A stretch of DNA of 64,000 nucleotides, from contig CAVNZM010000002.1 in the NCBI GenBank assembly GCA_963693365.1, positions 7,904,454 through 7,968,453 on the forward strand, read 5' to 3'. The notes beneath the pieces were generated by a model that saw only the letters and a program-made list of their open reading frames with translations, made no database searches and was not told where the DNA came from. The position numbers and the translations under genes were made by a program. The stretch comes from Amoebidium appalachense (taxonomy: Eukaryota > Protista > Ichthyosporea). Positions 50,708-64,000 of this stretch are shown piece after piece. Numbering within the stretch: position 1 is the first letter of the stretch; every line of letters begins with the position of its first letter.

Positions 50708-50988
50708 ATCTCTCACTCTCTCTCTCCCTTACTCATTCACTCTTTCTCCTTCTCTCTTTCTCTCCCCCCCTCTCTCTCTCGTCCTCCCCCCCCCCCCCCC
50801 CCCCCCTCTCTCTCTCTCTTCTCTCTCTATTGTCTCTTTCTGTGTGTGTGTTTCTTTCTACTTTCCCTCTCTCCCCCCTCCCTCCCCCTCTCTCCCACCC
50901 CCTCCCACGTTCTCTCCCCCTCTCTCCTTCTCCCTCCCTCCTTCCCACCCCCCGCCCCCCTCCTCCCACCCTCACCCCTCCCCCCCCC

Positions 50989-51019
<31 letters not shown>

Positions 51020-51280
51020 ACACACCACCACCACCACCACCACCGCCCGTCCAACCTCGTTTTCATGCCTGTTTTTGACATCTCACAACCTTGGTGCTTT
51101 GCCACCCTCTTCCGGGGAGACTCCCTAACAACCAAGTTTGGTTCGCTTTAGCTATAATCTCCACAAATTTTTTTTTTTTTTTATGTGTTTGCCCTACTGT
51201 ACAACACACACACCAATCCACACGTATACAAACACACCGATCCCTCAACCCTGACAAACATACACACGCGCACACACACA

Positions 51281-51333
<53 letters not shown>

Positions 51334-51365
51334 TACACACACACACACACACACATACACACACA

Positions 51366-56290
<4,925 letters not shown>

Positions 56291-57860
56291 CATTTTTTTA
56301 CTATATTTTAAACATCCAATCCTGTCTTTGCGATGGGATTTAAATCATACTATAATAGTTAAACACCCAATCCTATTGGTACAATGGGCTTTTAATCTAG
56401 CTAGATTTAGCGGTATCCACTGGTGGTACCAGCATGTTCTAATGTTGTTAGTTGTATATACTCATTAGTACACATGAAGTGTGGACTGTGTGGTCTAGAA
56501 ATATGATTTTTGTAGTCAAGATGGATTGTGTGAAAAGAGTAGAGCACATGTATATAACAAATATTTCTGTGCTACACTGTGCATGTGTGCCTCATTTCAA
56601 CGTGTATAGAGCTGCAGTGGAAGGGCTTTTGATGTGGTTATTTTGAGGGGAGGTGTGCTTGCGCGGGGGGGGGGGGGCTGAGCTTTCTCATTGATAATTT
56701 GTGGCGTTTGCCCATGCCTCTGAATGTAACCACCGATAACTGATGAGTTTTTTGTTGTTGTGGCCATGCCGCTGAGGCCTGTATTCATAGAGCCAGAAAG
56801 GAAGATCTAGGCCTAAGAATTCGTGAGATCCATGCGTTAGTGTGCAGTGTAATTTGTGGATGCAGTGCATCTGCTTTTCCGTTTCTACCCAACACTAAGT
56901 AAAATCAGCTCAAAGCTTAGTCCGTGAAAATAAAGATGAGTGCACGTGAGCCTCCATGGCCAAGTACCTATCCTCCCACCACATATATATCTTGCCGACC
57001 ATCGGCCCACCGCCGGCCCGCAGCCAAACAGTGTTGCCTACGTACGCCCTGGGGCCCTACGGTTCATATGCTCACACACGTTACATGTACATATATACAC
57101 TGGTAGCTTCTTTCCTGTCCTACCTTACACAGAAAGCATCTGATGGTTCGGACTGTCCGACGGACGATTCAGCTGCAGGAGTGGCTGCACGCTGACGTGT
57201 GTGTGATCATGACAGTCCGAGAGTACGTTTCAGTGTGTCAGGACAAGTGCATGCGATTGGCTACATGTCAGGAACGGCATGTAATGTTTACGTTGGCAGT
57301 TGTGCGTACCGTCTATTTTATTGGTTAACAAAGAATGTGGCTGCCATATATGGCTATCTTCAATGTGGCTCACCAAAGAGTCATTTTATTGGTGGGTTTG
57401 AGTCTGACTCACTGACCATTGCAACAGTGCCGGGGTGACAAGCCAACAAAGTTGAGCCACAACTCATTGAACTCAACCCCGGAGTCAGTCAGAGTCTCCA
57501 GAGACAGTCTCACATACATATTGAGTAGGCTAAAGCGGAGTCGCGGGAGGAGAGGGTAGCGTATTCAACAGATTGGTGCTGTTTTGGTTTGCCGTAACAA
57601 CTGTACCTACAAGGGTAACTCTTTAGACACAACTGAAAGCACAAGGTGCCCCCCCCCCCCTTCCTCCGTACGCCCAACCCTCCCCGCCCTCCCCCCCTTT
57701 CCCCCGGACGCTTATTTTCCCTCCCCCTGTCCCCACCACAACCTCTGAGTCCCCGCAGGGAAGAGCTAAACTTAGAAGCGGTAGCAGCCGGAAAGGATGG
57801 AGAGGCTGAGTGGAGGCTTTCCGAGGCGTGATGGGGCGCCCGGGGCAGAGAAGGAAGGAA

Positions 57861-57892
<32 letters not shown>

Positions 57893-58024
57893 AAGGCAGG
57901 GCGGAGGGGAGGAGGGTGGGGCTTCACGGCTGCTCCATCAGTTTGAGGTTGACTCACGGATATCACATTATATTCACGCCTGTCGCAGTGAACCTGTAGG
58001 GTCCGCAAACGTAGCCATTACCTA

Positions 58025-58066
<42 letters not shown>

Positions 58067-58336
58067 AAAAAAAAAAAAAAACCCTGCACACACATGCGCA
58101 TACATTCCGTTTTTTCATAATCAAGACATGACACTAACCTACACAACGACACCCACCCAATCACCACACGCAGACACACATACAGGCGCACCCACATTAG
58201 CATCTGCACGTATCGGCATATGCAGACCCGCACTCGCTTGTACACGCACACGTACACGTATACACACACACACACACACACACACGCGTGCGCGCGCGCG
58301 CACACGCACACGCACACGCACACGCACACGCACACG

Positions 58337-58421
<85 letters not shown>

Positions 58422-58423
58422 AG

Positions 58424-58650
58424 ATGGCGCTCACGTTCACTGTTGTGGACGCGTTTGCCTCTGTGGCGTTCCAGGGCAACCCTGCCTGTGTGGTGGTGCT
58501 GCGCCCCGACCAGCAGCCCAGCGACAAATTCCTGCAGGACTTTGCTAAGGAGATGAACCTCAGGTAGTGAACAACATAACCCCCACTCCCTCCTTCCCTT
58601 CCCCCCCCCCCCCCCCCCCTCTCTCCCCTCTCTCTCTCTCTCTCTCTCTC

Positions 58651-58748
<98 letters not shown>

Positions 58749-60308
58749 CTCTTCCTTTCCCCCCCCCTCTCTATCTATCCATCTATCTATCTATCTATCT
58801 GTGTGTGTGTGTTTCTCTTTCACTCTCTCTCTCTCCCTTTATCTCTCTCTCTTCCTCTCTCTACCCCACCCCCTCTCTCTCGGTGTGTGTGTGTGTTTGC
58901 CCTGTGTGTGTGGGTGTGTGTCTGTCGGTCTTTATATCTATCTATCTATCTTTGTCTCCCTCTCTCTCACTCTCTCTTTCTCCCAACCTTCCCCCCCATC
59001 TCTCTCTCTCCCCCTCCCCCCCCCCCCCCCCCCCCCCGCCAGTTTCCTCTTTCCCTCTCTCTCTCTTTGCATACACACACTCTCTTACTGGTTCTCTCTC
59101 TCGGTCTCTGTGAGCTGTGGGTGGGTCTTAATCCCTCCCCCCTCCTCCCCTCCCCCCTCCCTCGCCCCTTCCCCCCTCCCTCCATGGGGTGTACTTCCCC
59201 TTCTATTCATACCACCCTTTTCAATGGGAACCTCCGTGTTTTTTTAACATCAACTCTTCCCTGCCTCGCTCATCCCTTCTCTCTCTCTCTCTCCGAGTCT
59301 CTCTTTTTCTGTCCCTCTGTCTCCCAGCCTTTCATCCCTCCCCCCCCCCCCCCCTCCCCCCCTCCCCCCCCCCCTCTCTCTCTCCTTCCTCCCCCCCCCC
59401 CTCTTTCTCTCCCCCTCCCCCCCCCCCTCCCCCTCCCCCCCCCCCCACCAACCCTCCTCCACCCCCTCTCCCCAAAAAGAGGGTTGGGAGCCATGCCCGA
59501 GAGGTTCGAGAGTTGACACCAATCTTTTATGGAGGCATGGGAGTGTTTCTGGTTTGGTTCTCGGTTTTCTATTTTCGTGACGTTTTGTGTTTTGTCTCCC
59601 AATGTCTCCACCTCCAAAACTCCAACCCTCTTCATGATGCACCTATCACTCCTCCCCCCTCCCCCTCCCCCCCCCCCCCCCCCCCCCTGCCCTCCCCTCC
59701 CCTTCTTCTTTCTGCCTTGCTTGTTTTCTCCAAATCCTCCCTCCCCCCTCCCCCTCCCTCCTGGTTTATCCTTCCCCACTTTTTCAAAATTTCCATATAA
59801 GCTCACGATAATGTATATTCAAAAGGGATGGCCCTTAAGTTGAGTTCTAATGATCGTGATTTTAGGGAAATAATCTTCTGTCGGGGTGGCATGACCTCAC
59901 AGATTCACCTCCACAGCCGGCATGAACCAATTCCAAGACCTTTTTTATGAACACACCGGTCACACACAATTGTAGTATCTGACCCACATTCCTCCGTGCG
60001 TACAGTGAGACTGCGTACCTGCGCAAGGTGACGGATGGGCGCTACCGGCTGCGCTGGTTCACGCCGGCTGTGGAGGTGGATCTGTGCGGCCACGCCACCT
60101 TGGCCAGTGCCCACTTCCTCTTCACCGGCCCCGAGGCCGCCCTCGACACCATCGAGTTCACCTGCCTGTCGGGCGTGCTGACCGTGCACAGGACAAACGA
60201 GGGAATGTACGTGCATAGCCTCCCCCCCCTCCTTCCCCCCCTCCCATCCTCCCCCCCCCCCCCCCCCCTCCCGGCCCTTGCCCTCGTTCCCCTCCCCACC
60301 AGCACCAC

Positions 60309-60377
<69 letters not shown>

Positions 60378-60840
60378 ACCTCCTATTCCACGCAAACACA
60401 CATTTACACACAGAGATAGACACACCACACATGCACACAAGCACAATCGGAAGTGGGCATGCTCATACACAGGGTGATACTCAACCCCTCTCGTGCATAC
60501 TAAACGGGCAACTACCCCGGACACAGAGATCATGTGTTTGTGGGTGTCTATTAAGGTGTGGCCCCGTAGACCAGGTGGGAAAAAAATGAAAAGCTAACTA
60601 ATTAAAAAAGGGAAAGTGCATCTGCACACCTCACCCCCCACCGGAGCAAAGAAATACCTCGGACACAGAAATTTTGTGTTATGGGTGTGTAGATGGGAGG
60701 AAAGGGATAAGCTAATGAAAAAAAGGTAAAGTACACTTGCACACCTCACCCCTACCTCAGTGGGCATAGAAGTCCCCCGATGATATTCACTCTTTGGTTG
60801 CCGGCACACTTGGTTTGGTTGTGTTGTGCCTCGATCCTGA

Positions 60841-60883
<43 letters not shown>

Positions 60884-61303
60884 CGTGCATGCTGTCTTGA
60901 CTCTACATTGGGCAGTAAGGACTAGTACTAGTCTTGCCTTCTGTTGCCTGTTGCCCTAAGAGAATTCTAAGGTCGAAAGTTTGCCTTCGAACGACTCATC
61001 ACAAGCATCGGTGGTTTAGTGGTATAATTCTCGCCTGCCACGCGGGAGACCCGGGTTCGATTCCCGGCCGATGCATTTCCATTTTTTTCTTTTGTGTGTG
61101 TGTGTGTCCTTGAAATTTTGACCAATTAGCTCTGAGACTGCTCAATTAGCTTTCCCCCCCCCTCGCCCTTGACTTCGCACTTACATGTTCGCCCCTACTT
61201 CCACTTGCCACCCATCACGAACTAATTAACAGTCGATACATTTTTTTGACTCCGTACTCAACCCCCAACAGTCGATACATTTTTTTGACTCCGTACTGAA
61301 ACA

Positions 61304-61334
<31 letters not shown>

Positions 61335-61378
61335 TCCTCCTCCTCACTCCCTTCCCCCCCTTTTTTCTTTTTTTTCTT

Positions 61379-61411
<33 letters not shown>

Positions 61412-61573
61412 ACGATACAGCACCATGGACTTTCCTGCCGAGCCCACAAAGCCATTGGGGACGGTACCATCGAACCTGGCTGCTGCACTCGGATTGGCTG
61501 AGAGCGAAATCTTGACTGTGGAGGAAAACCGCATTGATTGGTTCATTCAGGTATGTCCCAGTAGGAACCTTCA

Positions 61574-61618
<45 letters not shown>

Positions 61619-62664
61619 GTGTGCGTGTGTGCCCGGTTATACGTGTGTATCTGTGCGCAGGCGGCAGGGGCCGGGGGGGGGGGGGGGGGGGGGGGGGGGA
61701 TGGAGGAAGGGAGAGAAGGAGACGTGGGGCGGGGGGTTTTGGGGGGGGGAGGGGGGGGGGGGGGGGGGGGGGGACGAACTGCCTTTCCCTCTTCCCTACT
61801 TTACTTGGAAAGTGGAGTGAACTTTCGAGTGCATTGCATTGAAAACTTGATTAACTTAGTAGAATGTAATCCGCAGGTCCCCAACGAGGACGTGGTGACG
61901 AGAATTCAACCAGATATTGCTGCCATCAAAGAATGGCCGGTACAACCCCCCCCCCCCCCCCCCCTTCCTTCCCAACAGGGGGTGTTTTCAGGCAAAATGT
62001 CCCCCCCCCCCCCCCCCCCTTCCTTCCCAACAGGGGGTGTTTTCAGGCAAAATGTCCCCCCCCCCCCCCCCCCCCCCCCTCCCAACAGGGGGTGTTTTTA
62101 GGCAAGATGTGAATGAGCTAAAATGCGAAGCACTACAAATAACATCAAGGTGTTCGGTATGGTTTTATTTTTAAGGAGGCATAGGTCCGATCTGTGTGTC
62201 ACCGGTTTTATTTCGGTGGCTTTCCTACTGACAGCTCCTCGTAAGGGATAATTCCTGCCCTCCTCACCCACCACTCATCGTGTCATTTTATTTCCTGCTC
62301 CCATTTCCCCGTCCCCATCACTTTTGAAGGGAGAGGGGGTTTTGGTGTGTGTGTGTGTGTGGTGGTAGGCGGGTGGGGGGAGGGGGGGGGGCCTGGGGGG
62401 GAAGGGGAGGTCGTTCTCATGTTAAGCTAATGTAAAATGTGTGTTTTTGAAGCCACACGCTCTAATGCATGCACGTCTGAACATCTATTTCCCCCTCTGC
62501 AGGCACGCTGTGTGGTGGTGACTTCCCAGGGAACTAAACACGATGTCGTGTCCCGCGTTTTCGGACCAAGATGCGGCGTAAACGAGGCGTGAAATCCCCT
62601 CTTCCCCCCCCCAACCCCCCCCCCCCCCCCCCCCCAAACGAAAGCCCCACCCTCCCGGCCCCCC

Positions 62665-62730
<66 letters not shown>

Positions 62731-63473
62731 CCTTCCCTCCCTCCCCACTACCCATACATAGGCGTGTGCGCGCATTTTGTCCACTGCCGCCATGACCATC
62801 ATTAGCAACCCAACCTCTGTGTCACCAACTCGCACAGACACATATGCACCACCCACCACTGGTGTTCGGAATAGGCACATATACATGAATCCAAAAGTAG
62901 AAAATCTGCGAGAGCTACTATTGGGGAAATGGCTAGATAGGTGTGTGGGTTTACAAGGAATTTTTAGTGAAGTGCTCGGTTGTATCTGGTTTGATGTTTA
63001 TCTGAGACCTATCTTCACTGATTACACTACACAAACTCTAAACAAATACTTTGAATGGACAAGGATGTGCACGGCCATTGAGTTGTTTCATGTTTGAAAT
63101 TAAAAATTAGCCCGTGATATCTTCCGTGTTTTTCTTCAAAGTGCATCGCGGGACACAGATGCGAGCTCGCGCGGCCAGACAATGCAAGTGCAAGCAACCG
63201 CACACACGTACACGAAAGCGCCACACAGACACATAGAACCCACATCCATGCTCATCTGTTAACACACAGGCATACCCTCACAGGCACACACAAGAAGGAT
63301 GTTGCAGACACACATACACTTATTCATCTCCCCCCCCCCCCCCCCCCCCCCCCCCACCGCCCCTAACTTCCCCCCCCAAACACACACACACACACACACA
63401 CACACAAATGCACATGCACATGCACATATGCACATGTACACTCACACCCTGGCACACGCATATGCGCACTCTG

Positions 63474-63554
<81 letters not shown>

Positions 63555-63644
63555 ACACAGGACCCTGTTACCGGCTCTGCCCACTGTGGTCTTGCCTGTT
63601 TCTGGTCGGGGCGCCTCAACAAAACCACCATGACGGCATTCCAG
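58424..63644 (+). CDS. PhzF/PBLD-family protein, copy 2 (last exon beyond the window); exons 58424-58563, 60006-60206, 61421-61550, 61877-61939, 62503-62586, 63561-63644
   Basis: Same exon lengths as copy 1 (140/201/130/63/84/84). Motifs LCGHAT and [11 protein letters not shown]. The intron-5 donor is GC. Confidence 0.92.
61005..61075 (+). tRNA. tRNA-Gly (GCC), inside intron 2 of PhzF copy 2
   Basis: Acceptor stem GCATCGG/CCGATGC plus discriminator A; D arm tggtttagtggtataat; anticodon arm ctcgc-ctGCCac-gcggg; T arm ccggg-TTCGATT-cccgg. 71 nt, no encoded CCA. Confidence 0.97.
61082..61093 (+). terminator. Pol III oligo-T terminator of tRNA-Gly
   Basis: T7 run starting 7 nt after the discriminator base. 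Confidence 0.75.
61971..62110 (+). repeat. 30-bp unit x3 separated by poly-C runs in PhzF-2 intron 4
   Basis: cccaacagggggtgtttt(c/t)aggcaa(a/g)atgt at ~61971, 62026 and 62081. Confidence 0.88.
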
Positions 63645-63668
63645 GTAGCCCTCCTGTCACCCCCCCCC

Positions 63669-63710
<42 letters not shown>

Positions 63711-63835
63711 AAAAAAAAAAAAAAAAGTGTGACAAACACTTCCGCCAGTAGAATCTCTTCCACTTCCCTACCCAACTTTCCACGGACAGTGTCCGTGTGT
63801 GTATGTGTTTGTGTGTGTGGGAGAGGGAGGTTTTT

Positions 63836-63867
<32 letters not shown>

Positions 63868-63904
63868 GGGGGAGGATGAAGGTGACTTCAAGGGTCCGAG
63901 TAAC

Positions 63905-63943
<39 letters not shown>

Positions 63944-64000
63944 ACGTGGGCCCTCTCTGAGGATGGGATCTGCTTATTATGCGTACTCTTTATGTATGGT

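Overview
Eukaryotic genomic DNA saturated with G/C homopolymer runs and (CA)n/(GA)n microsatellites. Most entries in the ORF track are repeat translations. Reading across GT-AG junctions gives about nine real protein genes. Three co-oriented, near-intronless minus-strand genes lie at 4-16 kb: two paralogues sharing an extended single-C2H2 zinc-finger module, and one protein with a tandem repeat rich in psi-K-x-E motifs plus a 'GKH-G-TF...GYC-W' domain. Further along are a multi-exon RGS-domain gene (-), an intronless bacterial-type fluoroacetate dehalogenase (+) with its full catalytic and halide-pocket motif set, a 6-exon F-box gene (-), an intronless CD225/dispanin gene (-), and two tandem PhzF/PBLD-family genes (+; the second runs off the window). 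A tRNA-Gly(GCC) sits in an intron of the second PhzF copy. Four non-autonomous TIR elements, an old ~2.3 kb tandem duplication and several dispersed or tandem repeats are also present. The most notable observations are the apparently horizontally acquired C-F-cleaving enzyme, a Cys/Cys versus Cys/Thr active-site divergence between the PhzF paralogues, and a regular intron architecture with C/G runs behind weak donors and (CA)n running into acceptors. All gene models are manual and unverified by transcripts or database searches.
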